Below, in pieces: positions 23,015 through 36,625 of a stretch of DNA of 57,583 nucleotides (position 1 is the stretch's first letter; each line of letters begins with the position of its first letter). Both the position numbers and the translations under genes were made by a program. The DNA is from Octopus bimaculoides. Its lineage: Eukaryota. The stretch is from contig NC_068997.1 of NCBI RefSeq assembly GCF_001194135.2, positions 2,352,243 to 2,409,825 of the forward strand, written 5' to 3'. Under the pieces are notes generated by a model, which was not told where the DNA came from, made no database searches, and saw nothing but the letters and a program-made list of their open reading frames with translations.

Positions 23015-25594
23015 AGTCAGACACAGAACTTTTAATGCCATTCCGATTAGTTGCCTTACTGTGATTACAGCTTCCAGTTTGGGCAGCTTTTGCGATGACA
23101 GTCGAATAAACTACACAGTCAATTCTATAGTAAAATTGATTTGTTTTTCCCCACTGGTCTATTTAAACATACCAAGAAATTACACAAGTGTACCATAGGA
23201 GCAGCGACAATGTTTTATATAGCCATCCTTATTGTATTAAAACTTACTTGTTAACTTTTATTATATCAACTGGATATTTAATTCAGATATATTTACTCCA
23301 CCACCACCACCACGTGTGTGTGTGTGTGTTCATCTTTTAGCACTTATATATAGATAGAGATTTGTTATCCTGTCTTTTTAATTGCCATCATTTATCATCC
23401 ACAATGACAACAACTGCTGCTAAGAAAAATGAGAGTCCCATCCACTTGCCCAAATATGGTTTGAGAGAGAGAGAGAGGGGGGAGGGANNNNNNNNNNNNN
23501 NNNNNNNNNNNNNNNNNNNNNNNNNNNNNNNNNNNNNNNNNNNNNNNNNNNNNNNNNNNNNNNNNNNNNNNNNNNGGAGAGAGAGAGAGAGAGAGAGTAC
23601 TAGTAATAGTAGGAGTAGCAATTGAGGAGATTCCTAATTAGTCCATCAGGAAGCATAAAAACCTCTTCAGTGCTGGTGCCAGTGCTATAATAAAATGACC
23701 TTGCTGAAATAATGCCACACAAGGAATGCATGGGGCATCATCAACAAAAGCAGAAATGTAAACAAACCAACACCTCTTGTCAAGAACTGATTTGGACTAT
23801 GATGACCCATCCACCCCCAAGCCAGCATAGACAATGGATGTAAAATTACGTTGATTGTGGGGTGGGGTGGAGGTATATACCAATGTAGAACTCTTTTTTG
23901 GTTCTGTGTATGATTTTAAACTTTATCCTGTAGTGCGTGCCCTAGATTAGAAGTTTCCAGGATTCTGACGGGTACGAAATCAACTCTAAGTTATTATTGT
24001 TCGCAGATCTACTCAAACCCAGAGTAGAAACACCTACCATGATCCCAGCTATGGGCTATGTGGATTAATTAGCAAGTCACATGGGCAGATGGAGCTTGTC
24101 AGGCCAGGATGGGGTGGGTTTAACATATGCAGGGGAGGGAAAAGTCCGATACCAGACCTCTGCCGCCTTGCAGCCATACCCAGTCATTAAAGAGGTTTCA
24201 GGAATAAATCCCGAGGTTAAAATCAGAAGTTGGAACCTCTGAGACAGTTTGAAATTACCTGCAATGGTGAACCTCAACCATTTCTTATCGATGAATGCCC
24301 TTGATTCTTGTTTCACTCAGATGGACCTTTACAACCCGAAATTTCTGGCCTTGTGCCAAGATTTGAAATTAATATTTACTCATTAAGGTTCGGAAACTCT
24401 CTAAACAAAGGGGGGACATGACTCAAGCTAAACTCAATTATTTGATGCATAATTGATAAAACAAGCAGCAGATAAAAATACTGATGTCAATATGACTGAC
24501 TAAAACCGAATCATCAAGACAATGCCCCAGTTTGGCCACATCCAATGAGTGGAAACCAGTCGAAGAATGAATCAGAATTACAAACAAGAACAGTGAGAGG
24601 AGGGGGAGGTTGTTTTGTCTGTCATTTACGACTGACAAATGAGAAAGTGAAGAATCTTGTTGCCAAACTCTAAAAGATATTTAATATTCTGATCACTTTA
24701 ATGGTTTCATGGTTTATGGCATCATTAAACAATACAAAAAAAAAAGACAACACAAAATTGTCAGCTTCTTCACTCACCGATTCCACATTCATAAATAATC
24801 ACTCATTTCTGGTGGGTGTTGTATTTTGTTAATTCACTCATTAGAGAAGAGAGAGAGAGAGAGAGAGAGGCGATAATATTTATTTGTCAATATCAATATG
24901 TTGTGTGCGTGTGCATATATATGTATGTATGTAGTGTGTGTGTGTGTGTGTATATGAATGTATGCACATAGATATTATACGCATATATTTATAAAGATGT
25001 ATACATAATTACATTCACACACACAAACATTATACATGCAAATATACACTCACACACACACAAGGAGTATATAGAGGAAACAAGAGTTTATTTTCAATTG
25101 AACTGAACACCATTATAGCCTATCTTTGAACAGTGAACAAAATGTCCATTTAATGTTTAAGAGAACACAATGTTAACCTAACTGTGTAAATAATGCTTTC
25201 AAATTTTTGGGACAAGGCCAGAAACTTCGGGAGATTCCTAATTAGTCCATCAGGAAGCATAAAAACCCCTTCAGTGCTGGTGCCAGTGCTATAATAAAAT
25301 GTCCTTGCTGTAATAATGCCACACAAGGAATGCATGGGACATCATCAACAAAAGCATTTAACTCAAAACTAGTTGATAATATCAAGCCTGGTGTTCAACT
25401 GTTACTTACTCTATCAACCCCAAAAGTGATGAAAGGCTAAGTTGACCTAAATGGAATTTGAACTCCAAATGAAAAGATGAATGAAATGCCACCAAACATC
25501 TTACTCAGCATGCTAACAATTCTGTCAGTTTTCTGCCTTAGTATAAATAATATAGGCCTAACAGTGAACAACACACTAACTTTTCTTCTTCTTC

Positions 25595-25969
25595 TGGCAC
25601 TCCATTGCTTACGACGTCGAGGGTTCCAGTTGATCCGATCAACGGAACAGTCTGCTTGTGAAATTAACATGCAAGTGGCTGAGCACTCCACAGACACATG
25701 TACTCTTAACGTAGTTCTCGGGGAGATTCAGCGTGACACAGAGTGTGACAAGGCTGACCCTTTGAACTACAGGCACAACAGGAAGTAAGAGTGAGAGAAA
25801 GTTGTGGTGGAAGAGTACAGCAGGGTTCGCCACCATCCCATGCCGGAGCCTCGTGGAGCTTTAGGTGTTTTCGCTCAATAAACACTCACAACGCCCGGTC
25901 TGGGAATCGAAACCATGATCCTATGACCGCGAGTCCGCTGCCCTAACCACTGCGCCATTGCGCCTCCAC
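25595..25969 (-). mobile_element. SINE family C (tRNA-Arg-like head gtggaggcgcaatggcgcagtggttagggcagcggactcgcggtc), full length
   Basis: High identity to 40985-41318(+) and 44754-45087(-). Short trinucleotide-like tail. Confidence 0.87.
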
Positions 25970-26509
25970 ATTAACTTGTTTATATGACAGAGAATACAGT
26001 GATAAGCTAATAATGCTACCCTGCCTCCATTTCACCTAACAGTGAACGCAATGTTAATTCAACAGTGGCAGTTGATTAATGTGACCCCAGTTTACAACTG
26101 GTACTCATTCCTACCCTACCCACCTCCTTGCTTTCTATCCTTGTAGGAAGATGAAAGGTAAACCTTACCCTGGCAGGATTTGAACTCAAAACTGAGGTTA
26201 AATGTTATTCAGTCCTACTCTCTAATTCAGTCATCTAATGTCATCACCAACCAACAACAACAACACAAACCTACAAAAGAACCTCTATGTGACCACTCAA
26301 GCTACTAGAAATAGCTGCAAAATGTTTCCGAAATAGCGCCTTTTTCTGCACATAGGAATAAGGACAGGGTGGTCAATGCCGAAGTCCCTTTGATCTGCTC
26401 ACTGAGCATTGATTTGGGGCTGAACAACAACAACAACAATCATGTTGTTACCTCAGCAACAGACGAGGACACATTACAAGGCAGAAGAGGGGAGTATATG
26501 GATCTTTTA

Positions 26510-26878
26510 TATTTCATTAGTTTCAGTTATTAGACTGTGGCCATGCTGGAGCACTGCCTTGAAGAATTTTTAGTTGAATGAATCAACACCAGTCTTTGCT
26601 TTTTAAGCTTGTAATTATTGTTTTTGTCTCTTTTGCCAAACTGCTAAGTTACAGAAATGTAAACAAACCAACACCTCTTGTCAAGCAGTGATGCAAGACA
26701 ACACACATGCGCACATACAAGATAAGCTTTTCCAAATTCCATCCACCAAATCTACTCACAAGACTTTGGTTGGCCTGAGACTATAGTAGAAGACACTTGC
26801 CCAAGGTGCTTTGCAGTGGGACTGAACTTGGAACCATGTGGTTGGGAAGCAAGCTTCTTACCACACAGCCATGCCTCT
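26510..26878 (-). mobile_element. SINE family A copy
   Basis: Same motifs as the other family A copies. Similar copies at 30400-30778(-) and, split by an insertion, at 52670-52860 plus 53130-53285(-). Confidence 0.8.
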
Positions 26879-27927
26879 GTAGTTTATTTTAGGCCTTGCT
26901 GAATACCACCTCACAGTATGTAGAAATGTTGATATTTCAGAAAATGTGATTGTGTGGGGTTGATGCCTTTCTAAAACATTTGGAAGGTAAAACAAATAAA
27001 ACAAAATAACTTTAACTTGCAGTTAAAAACCATATCATTTAGGGGTGGAGAAACCAAAGTAGAGTGTAGCTGGTTCTATGTAGTCACTACTTCTGCTAAA
27101 AATAGCAACCAAATCTCCCAATGGATAATATTGTCTAAGATACAGAGTGGCTGAAAAAACATGGGAGAAAAATATAGGTTGGTTATAGTTGGAATGTCTT
27201 TAAATATAGATCTCCTCGGGCAGAGAGGACCTGAGGTTGAACAATATCAAACTGGACTTACTAAGCTTGAATAAAAAAAGATAGCATGGTTAAGTGTGGT
27301 ATGTTTTGAAGAACAGGTCAATAAGATCACAGGTGACCTAGTGTTCAGCAGCAAGAGCATCATTAAATCTTTTATTTGTCGTGTCTTCTTCTACTACAAT
27401 ATTTAGCAAACCTTTTATCATAAAAATTATCTTCAAAGTTTATCCCTGACTCCCAGGGGGATCTTAATACTTGCACTACACCAGAGACCATCAATATTTT
27501 AACAGTCACTTTTCCATACTTGAATGGGTCAGACAGAATTTATTGAAGCTGATTTTCAACAGCCAGATGTCCTTCTCGCCACCAACCCTCACCTGTTTCC
27601 AAGCAAGGTGATACTTCCCACTGGTCAGGTAGGTTTTCACAAAAGATTGGAAACAAATGACACTGCTTGTATAGGAGTGACACTCATTTACAATTATCTC
27701 ATGATGTCAAGGCACGGAGATACAAACATACACACTCTCAAACTTGTTCGAAAATATAAGGACACATATAGTGTGTCATATGGCCAGCTGGAGACGATGT
27801 TTCCTGGGGCTAAATAGCAGTAACATTCATCCTAGCCAGGACTGCCAAACTATGTTGACAAATGATCTTTACTCTAAGGTACTGTTACTGAATTTCTCTC
27901 ATTCAGAGATTTACAAATAGTAATTTT

Positions 27928-28102
27928 CTATTTTATATATTTTATCTATTTTATATATTTTATATATTTTATCTATTTTATCTATTTTATATATTTTATA
28001 TATTTTATCTATTTTATATATTTTATATATTTTATCTATTTTATATATTTTATATATTTTATATATTTTATCTATTTTATATATTTTATATATTTTATAT
28101 AT
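27928..28102. repeat. 9-bp composite minisatellite (tattttata / tattttatc)
   Basis: Visible directly; produces the spurious KIY/KID ORF. Confidence 0.9.
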
Positions 28103-28289
28103 ACATTTTTGATACATTTAATGGCAGTCTGTCACAGTCCGAAAATAACTGTTCTGCAACATCTTGCTGAGCAACCTGGACAGAAGATTTATTTATAGTG
28201 ATCAAATGTCTGTGCTCACTCCCTCCATCAAATTGATATTTGCCTGAATAGGTGCACGGTATATCACACGTCAGGTGTTAAAGTGGCCG

Positions 28290-28410
28290 CAGAGCAACAA
28301 GATGAAGCGTTTTGCTCAAGAACACAGTGCCCACCCAGTCCAAGAATTGAACCGACAATCTTGCAATCTTGAGTGCAACACCCCTAACCACTTGGCTTCA
28401 ACCCCCCACA
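28290..28410 (-). mobile_element. tRNA-derived SINE fragment (head ...gtggttaggggtgttgcactcaagattgcaagattgtcggttcaattc)
   Basis: Related copy at about 49335-49600(+) and a fragment near 14330-14395(-). Confidence 0.55.
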
Positions 28411-28424
28411 TATATATATACATG

Positions 28425-28485
<61 letters not shown>

Positions 28486-28688
28486 CGTTTTTGGATTTGG
28501 TTTGCAAGATTTTTTATGTGATTTCGTGTGTTGAAGCATATCCTGTTGTCTGGGGAGTCAAGATTATTGAAAAGGTTGCAAGACGCAACGAAAATTTTAG
28601 GGAAATAAAAATAATAAGTGGAAATTTTAATGGTCAGTGTGTTAAATTTTAAGGCACAATAAGAAAATGAGTCTCCCCAGACACAACA

Positions 28689-28731
<43 letters not shown>

Positions 28732-29747
28732 TACCTTTGTATACACACACACACACACATAACTGCTTTTCTTATAAGTCTCCATCAATTACATCTATCC
28801 ACAAGGCTTTGGGCAGCCCAAGGCTGTAGTCGAAGATGTTTGCTCAAAATGTCACAGTGGGACAACCTGAACCATGTATATATAACGTACTACCACACTT
28901 TATATGGAAACTTAAAAGAAACAAAGAAAAAAAGCTGTTTTAAATTTAGATATTCATAAAAAAATAAAATACAGGAAACTATTGCTTACCCCTTTTTTAT
29001 TGTTCATATTCGATGTATTAGCATTTGGTCATTCATCAAATGAATAATGTTGCATTTTCAACAGAGTATTCCAGTATATACAATATTTCAATACGGTGTT
29101 TCAACAGTACTCCAAGACATCAAATCTATCACTATGGATTTTCTTAAGAATGAAATGAGATATATCCATGCCTCTTCTAGATACCTGTTGCATTGCACCA
29201 GTGAACTATATCAGGATGACAACCACTGGACTAAGATAAACTGGTGTCTTTATGCACCTTGCTACCCATTATTCAATTGTGATGTCAGTTTTCATCAAAA
29301 TGCTTGGCTTGGAATAAAATTATTTGAATTCCAGAAAAGTGACAAACGATAAACTGAAATGACCAAATATTTTCCAAAGCTCATTTGTTACACTTTATTT
29401 GGTTTCTAACATTGTATTTTGACAATATTTTGATGTATTGTGGTAAACAAATTTTGAAAGTGTAAGGCCTGCCCTGATGGTTGCGAAAGGAATGTGCTGG
29501 ACAGTAGAACAATCATACATTATTCATTGATTTCAAGTTTTGCCAGCAATTCAAGGACAGCAATTTTGAGGAAAGAGATGAGTCAATTAGATTGACCACG
29601 GTGTCGAACAGCTACATATTCTATCGGCCCCGAAAGGATGAACGGCAAAGCTGACCTCAGCGGAATTTGAACTCAGAATGTAAAGACAGACGAGATACCA
29701 CTAAGCACTTTGTCCAGTATGCTAACAGTTCTCCTAGCTCACCATCT

Positions 29748-29789
<42 letters not shown>

Positions 29790-31189
29790 AAGTAGCAGCA
29801 GCAGCAACAGTATTACTAATAATAATGATGGTTTTAAATTTTGGCCCAAGGCCAATAGTTTTGGAAGTGGGTTTAAGCCAATTACTTTGACCCCAGTGAT
29901 CAAGTGGTACTTATTATTATACTGACCCTGAAAGGATTAAAGGCAAAGTTAGCCTGGATGAAACATAAAGATGGACAAAATGCCACTATGCATTTTGCCC
30001 AGCATGCTAACGACTCTGCCAGCTCATCACCTTTCAATCAAACATTAATTATTATTGTTACTCTGCGGTGGTTCCAGCAGACTGGGTGATCAATGGTGTC
30101 CCAACTAGGACTTAATCAGTGTCTGGTTTAGCACCATCGCCTGACACCTTTGGTACCATTATAGTGGAATCTTCTCTATTGAAAGCAAGCGAACCAAGTC
30201 CCGGGATCACAACACCCTCCCCTCTCTGTCCCTCCCTTCTTTGTACCAGTGAGGGAGGCCCTGGAAAACCTGATAAACACTGGTTTTCCTTCCAGTGAAA
30301 AGATATTCTTTTAAAGTATCCCATATCCCATGTTTTTCTTGTGTGTGTGTAGGACCCAAAACCACAAAACTCAAATAGGCAAATGGCTTATGCTTTTATT
30401 CTTTCACTTGTTTCGGTCAATTGACTGTGCCCATGGTAGAGCACCACCTTAAAGGGTTTCAGTCGAAGAAATCAACCTCCCAGGACTTATTCTTTGAAAG
30501 CCTAGTACTTATTCTATTGGTCTCTTTTACCAAACTGCTAAGTTATAGGGACGTAAACATACCGACATCAGTTGTCAAGCGATAGTGGGGGACAAACACA
30601 GACAGCCAGACAGACACACAAACACGCATGGAAAGCTTCATTTAGTTTCTGTCTATCAAATCCACTCACAAGACTTTGGTTGGTCTAAGGCTATAGTAGA
30701 AGACATTTGCCCAAAGTGCCACACAGTGGGACTGAACCCAGACCTTGTGGTTGGAAAGAAAGCTTCTTACCACATAACAATGATCCTTTCTACTATAGGC
30801 ACAAGGCCTGAAATTTTGGGGTGGGGGATAGTTGATTACATCAGTCCCAGTGTTCAACTGGTACTTATTTTACTGACCTCAAAAGGATGAAAGGTAAAGT
30901 TGACCTTGGTGGAATTTGAACTCAGAACATAGCGAAAGACGAAATACTGCTAAGCATTTCTCCTGGCATGCTAACGATTCTGCCAGCTTGCTGCTTTACC
31001 ACAAAACGGTAATAACAGAAGATCCAGCAACCAAGGTGACCAATCATGTTCTAGCTATGATTATACACCTATTTATTCAGGCATAGTGTATCTAGGATTA
31101 CATTATCGAATATACCATTCTTTGTTGTTTGTTTAGCTTTCAGATGAATCCTGATACCATCATCACCATCATCATCATCATCACCAACA

Positions 31190-32230
31190 CTTAATATCTT
31201 TTCTCCATGCTGGCATGGGTTGGATGGCTTGACGGTAACTGAAAAGACCAGGGGCAGCACCAGGTTCTGTTCCATAGTCTGTTTTGGCTTGGTTGTTACA
31301 GCTGGATGCCCTTCCTAACGTCAACCACCCTACTAAGTGTACAGGGTGTTTTTTTTACATGGCACCAGCACCCACACCAATGCTTTTTACATGGCACCTT
31401 GGTTTTAGGATCTCAGACTCGAAATATTCCTGGAACAACAAAGCATCATCTTTTCTAAGAGAAGCAAGCGATGCCTTTCATAGATTTAGCTGCTATTTCA
31501 AGCGATTTTGGTGTCACTGTCGAAGCCTCATTCACTGACTCAAAATGATTGTTTATTGTGTAAGGTATATCTGTATGTGTATATCATGTATAAGTGTGTT
31601 GTGATGGGTAGTATTTATGGTATGTGTGTCTATGATGTATTAAGTGTGGTGTAATTATGTAATGCCTGTAACATATTAACATAAATGTGTAAGTGTGTGT
31701 GTGTGTGTGTGTGTGTGTGATGTATTTTTATATGAGGCAATGACTAGTGACTGAGATCTTTGGCGATATTCTGTGTTTGAGAAGACCCATCAAGCCAAGT
31801 GAAATCATAGTTGTGGCTGATGCTAGTGTCACATAACTGACCCCCATGCCAGTGGCGTGTAAAATCACCTTTTGAGTGTTGGGCCTCCTGGAGGCAGGAT
31901 GGCCAATGCTGGTGGCACATGAAAAGCACTTTTTGAGTGATGGGTCTCACAGAGGCAATGACGAATGACTGAGACCTTTGGCATTGTGCATTGCTCACTC
32001 AAGCCAGGTAAAACCGTACTCATGGCAGATTCTGATGCCATGCAAATGGCACCCGTGCCAGTGGCATGTGAAAGCATCCATAACACTCTTGGAGTGGTTG
32101 GCATTAGGAAGGGCATCTTGCTGTAGAAAGCATGCCAAATCAGACAGGAATCTGGTGCAGCCTTCCAGTTGGCCAGCCCTGGTCAAACGTCCAACCCATG
32201 CCAGCATTGACAGCGGACGTCAAATGATGA
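31190..32230. mobile_element. Cluster of a LINE-tail-like dispersed repeat (family D: ccatgctggcatgggttggac...gctggatgcccttcctaacgccaaccac) in both orientations
   Basis: 31190-31400(+) and 31740-32230(-). The same family occurs at about 1130-1340, 8920-9100, 18150-18340, 27500-27740, 49030-49250 and 56400-56660. Confidence 0.7.
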
Positions 32231-33669
32231 TGATGATGATGTGTTTCAGTGGTCACGGTATGTGTGTGTGTGTGTGTGTGTTGAGGTTATATAGTGCCTG
32301 TAGCATATTAACATGTGTGTTGATGTGAGCAAGCAAGTGTGAGTGTATACATGGTATAGTAGTGTGTATGTGTGTGTATGTTATGTGCTGTGTGTATGTT
32401 GTGTTCTGTGTGTGTGTAATATTATAGTGTAGTCTGTGTTGTGTTGTGAATGTATAATCGAGAAGGAAGCACCAGCAGTATTAGTGTCTATATTTGGTAC
32501 ATCCCAGACATTTTCTCATTCCGTTACAGACTTGTTAGACAATGTACAACTTAACAAACCATTTACAATTCCTGGATATATTTCAAAAGCAAAACGGTTG
32601 TGTAGCATTATTCTTACACACGGCACTGAAATAGTTAAAATGTCATCTTGAAGAGAAATACAGAAATAACTGTGTGTTCTTTATCCAAAGATCAATGAGC
32701 ATTTCAGATTCTTTTTTAGTTTTCTGTGAACTCTTCCTAATCAAAAATGCCAATAGATTGCCATAGAAACCATAAAATAAGCATTAATATTTCAAATAAC
32801 TTTGGTAACATACCGACCTCCACTTGATAACCAAACATTTTCATCTCACAACCCTTTATCACTCATATTCTTCTAGTATTCTTCACTTCTAAAACTAGAA
32901 TACAATTCTAAATCTTCCAATATCTGCTTTTGTTTGTCCTATTCCATTCGATACCAGCCCATACCATTCATGGAATCAACTCTAAAATTATAATAAAATG
33001 CTAAATCTTTAATGAAATTCTGTGATAAGAGAATATTTAGAAACCGTTTTGTCTCCTCTCTGAGTATTTCACAGAAGTCTGCAGGTGCAGGAAATACAGT
33101 GAAAGGAAGCACCATTACAAGGAATTATTCCTGAAACTACAGCAATCACTAAAAGATGACTGGTGCTGGCTTTAGTTCGTTTGCTTTTTAGCAAATAAAT
33201 TAATCCATTATTTATTTTCTCATTAACAACAGTTAATTAGCTTTGCTTCAATTATTATATTTCGATTGCCGCTCTGTTGTTACAAATTCTGCCACTATGT
33301 TGACAGTTTCAGTTATTGATCATACAAATATTTATTTGTGTGATCAATCACCAATTATATTGTCTTTTAATTATTGATACTCTAAACAATTGATTATTTT
33401 CTTACACTAATCAATTTTCTATAATTACTATGTGATATTCCAATTACTGTACTAGCAACTATAGTCAAATATAGGCTTTACTGATGAGCTCTAAACAAGA
33501 CTGAAACCAGTTTACATTTGTTTTTGGCATTTGCCAGGAAAATGAAAATAGTATTTACTCGCTGACTTAGGTTTTTTTTCTTCCTTCAACGCATCATTAA
33601 TTACAGATATTTTTAATTATCTGTGTATTAAATATGTTAATATTAACTAGTATGAGAATGAATGGCATC

Positions 33670-33800
33670 CAGAAGTGGAGTTTTCATCTGGGAGTTCCAG
33701 AGTTTTGGGGAGTGTGAAGTCATCTCTTAGCTACTATTGTTCCCAGGTTTGACCCAGAGTAGGAGCACCTGTCAGGGTCCCACCTATGGATTAATCAACA
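33670..33800 (-). mobile_element. Dispersed repeat (LINE 3'-tail-like: gggaccctgacaggtgctcctactctgggtcaaacctgggaacaatagtagc)
   Basis: Homologous segments at about 22300-22425(+) and 55630-55750(-). Confidence 0.55.
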
Positions 33801-34451
33801 TATTAAGGCTTGCCTATTCCTACATATGCATGTGAAGGCTGGATCCAATGGACACTGCAAAAGAAACTTCATGATACAATGGAGAAGATGACTGTAGCAA
33901 TGCCTTTTGGAGAGCAGAGAGTAAGACGAGGCGAGTAAGACACCTTGATCATCCATTGCATCTGTCTCCATCCCCAGTCATCTTGATTTGATCTTACCCC
34001 TGGATTGAGGACAGGCACAGAAGACTGAGTGAGGCTGATGGTGTGCAGCACTTCTTCAATTTAAACAAAGTCACCATGCAAGACATCAGTCATCCTTAAG
34101 CACGACTAGAAGGTCCTTTACATTCTAACTGATGAATACAATTAGTTTGTACACCTAAATGTTTATTTGTTCCTCCCTCTCCCCCCCCTCAGTCTCTTTT
34201 TTTGCTCTTGCTCTACACTTAAACACACAAACACCTTTATAATATCAACACATCTATACTCACCATTACTTTTTTTAAAATACTTCCAGTGTTAATTAAG
34301 TTAACTAATTATCTTGTGCCAAAATGTGAAACAGTTATTCTTGTTGTTGATGTTGCAGTTGTTAATGTCATTACCATGAAGTTATTCCCATAGGCTAAAT
34401 TTATTTAAAGTTTCATGTCTTTTGGACGCTAATCTTCACTTCTAATGTAAG

Positions 34452-34640
34452 ATCTCAAAACCAGATGCTGGTCCTAACTTCTACCAGAAAATTTCAATGC
34501 CAGAATCTGGTCCTAACATCTTCCAGGGGATCTCAACATCAGAAACTAGTTCTAACTTTTACCAGAAGGTTTCAGCACCTGAAGATGGTCCTAATCTCTC
34601 TGAGAACATCTCAACAACAGAAAATAGTCCTAAACTTAGT
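34452..34640 (+). repeat. 39-bp tandem repeat (4 full units plus 2 partial) in an open frame
   Basis: Units start at 34470, 34509, 34548, 34587 and 34626 with (g/a)gt(c/t)ctaa. Confidence 0.75.
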
Positions 34641-35195
34641 CAAAGGAGGAAAAGTACCCTAATGAAATTTCCAGACTTGTAAGAAGTACCTGGGTAACTA
34701 GACTGAATGGTCCTTGCGACAAGCTTCCAAACATGTTTTAACACTTCTGCTGAAATACACTGTTTTTACTTCAATTAATTTAGAAAATAACAAAGTATCT
34801 AGCAAAGTAACTTTGTCATTATTAATCTGGTGCTTGGAACATACTGTAAAACTCCAATGGAAAGTTTTAATCTTAGATCTCTTTGAAACAACTAATTTGC
34901 ATCATAAAACCAGGGGCATTTTGGGGAGGAGAGTATCAAAAAGATTATAACTACCAAATTCCCCTCACAAAACTTCAGAGTATCTGAGGTTATGGTAGAA
35001 TCCACTCAAGGTGTCATGCAGTAGGACTGAACTGAAAACCACCTTGCTATGAGGTAGACTCATAAACTTAAAAGCAAAGCTTTTTCCCTTTCCTATCAGT
35101 GGGGTTTACTTTTAATTATTGCTGTTGTTTTCCGTAAAAGAGATTTTATTGGAAAAAGACCAAACTTATTTCCATGTTTTTGACGATGCTGGAGG

Positions 35196-35365
35196 CAGAG
35201 CCATCTTAACAGTAATCATAGGCCCCAGGGCAAATCACTGCATTGGATTCTATTGCATTCATTTACTGACAACAAATCACAAAATTAAAAGATCATAATT
35301 GGGCCCCTAGGCCTATGAGACCCCTGGGCAACTGTCTAGTGTATCCATGCCTTCAGACAACGCTG
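35196..35365. mobile_element. Possible hAT-type MITE
   Basis: Degenerate termini cagagccatcttaa / ttcagacaacgctg, resembling CAGGGCCGTCTTAA-type TIRs, with internal ggcccc/gggcaa motifs. Flanking 8-mers gctggagg and ggtggggg match at 6 of 8. Confidence 0.4.
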
Positions 35366-36625
35366 GGTGGGGGTGTATGGTGTCAATGAACAATCACTTG
35401 CTGTGTGTAAAGTTAACTGTATACACAGCTATTTTATACTATACTGGTGTATGGTATAGATGCACTAAACATTGCTTAGTGTGCATAATTAACTAGATAC
35501 ATCCTCTAATCTATACTGTATCGTTATTGATGCAGATAAATAAACACTGTTTATACTATGCTTATTTTACTATGTACATATTCCAATCTATACTATAGTA
35601 ATGGCCAAAAGATGGGAACATTTTTTTAAAAATTAAAACTCATGTGCCCAAGTACAATTCAAATATATGCAACATAGAGATATGCTTACCTAATAATTTT
35701 TATAGATACCCACCATATCACTGTAAATAGTAATAATATATTGAAAATAAAATATAACTTTGGGCATTTAGTATAAAACTTCCAGTTTTCAAACCTATGT
35801 TCCAAACTAATGCTACTTCATAATAATCCTTATCATTATTGTAAAGAGTAAAGAGTATATATATATATATATATATATATATNNNNNNNNNNNNNNNNNN
35901 NNNNNNNNNNNNNNNNNNNNNNNNNNNNNNNNNNNNNNNNNNNNNNNNNNNNNNNNNNNNNNNNNNNNNNNNNNNNNNNNNNNNNNNNNNNNNNNNNNNN
36001 NNNNNNNNNNNNNNNNNNNNNNNNNNNNNNNNNNNNNNNNNNNNNNNNNNNNNNNNNNNNNNNNNNNNNNNNNNNNNNNNNNNNNNNNNNNNNNNNNNNN
36101 NNNNNNNNNNNNNNNNNNNNNNNNNNNTCTCATATTCGGTTAAAATGTCTTATGTTTAAGCTGGTTCCCATGCATTTCCCTGAAGAGAAGATTACATTTT
36201 TAACATCACCGATTCGTATGGAATGTATAATTTGTAATCTTCGAAACATATGTTGGAAATAAAAGTATGCAGTTAACATATGCGTTTTACTCCATTCACT
36301 AAATTTATATATACTCAAGTACCCAAAATAACAAGGAGTTTCTACCTCATAAACAGGAGTTACACCACAGTCATTTTGTGATCTTTGCTACCCTGGTATC
36401 TATTAACTAATTTATTTTGTCCGAGTTATTTATTAATTAGGAGAAAATAAATACATATAATAATATATATATATATATCTTTTAAATCAGTTAATGGGAA
36501 ACATTTTGAATAGGCAAATAAAGCTCCTATTCCATTATGTCAATTACAGTCTAATGATGCTTGATGACTGGTGAACCAGTTTTTGGGGGTTTGCACAGAG
36601 CTGTACCAATATAATGTAAGATAAA

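Noticed and set aside
24085-24240. GC-richer segment reminiscent of RTE 5' UTRs with HDV-like ribozymes (also 55760-56050)
   Set aside because: I could not build the P1/P1.1/P2/P3 double pseudoknot. The resemblance is only impressionistic.
33477-33515. CTGATGA gctct-aaaca-agact GAAA ccag TT
   Set aside because: Helix II is mismatched and helix I is only 2 bp. At best a dead relic, as is the caatcacTAAAAGAtg string near 33143.
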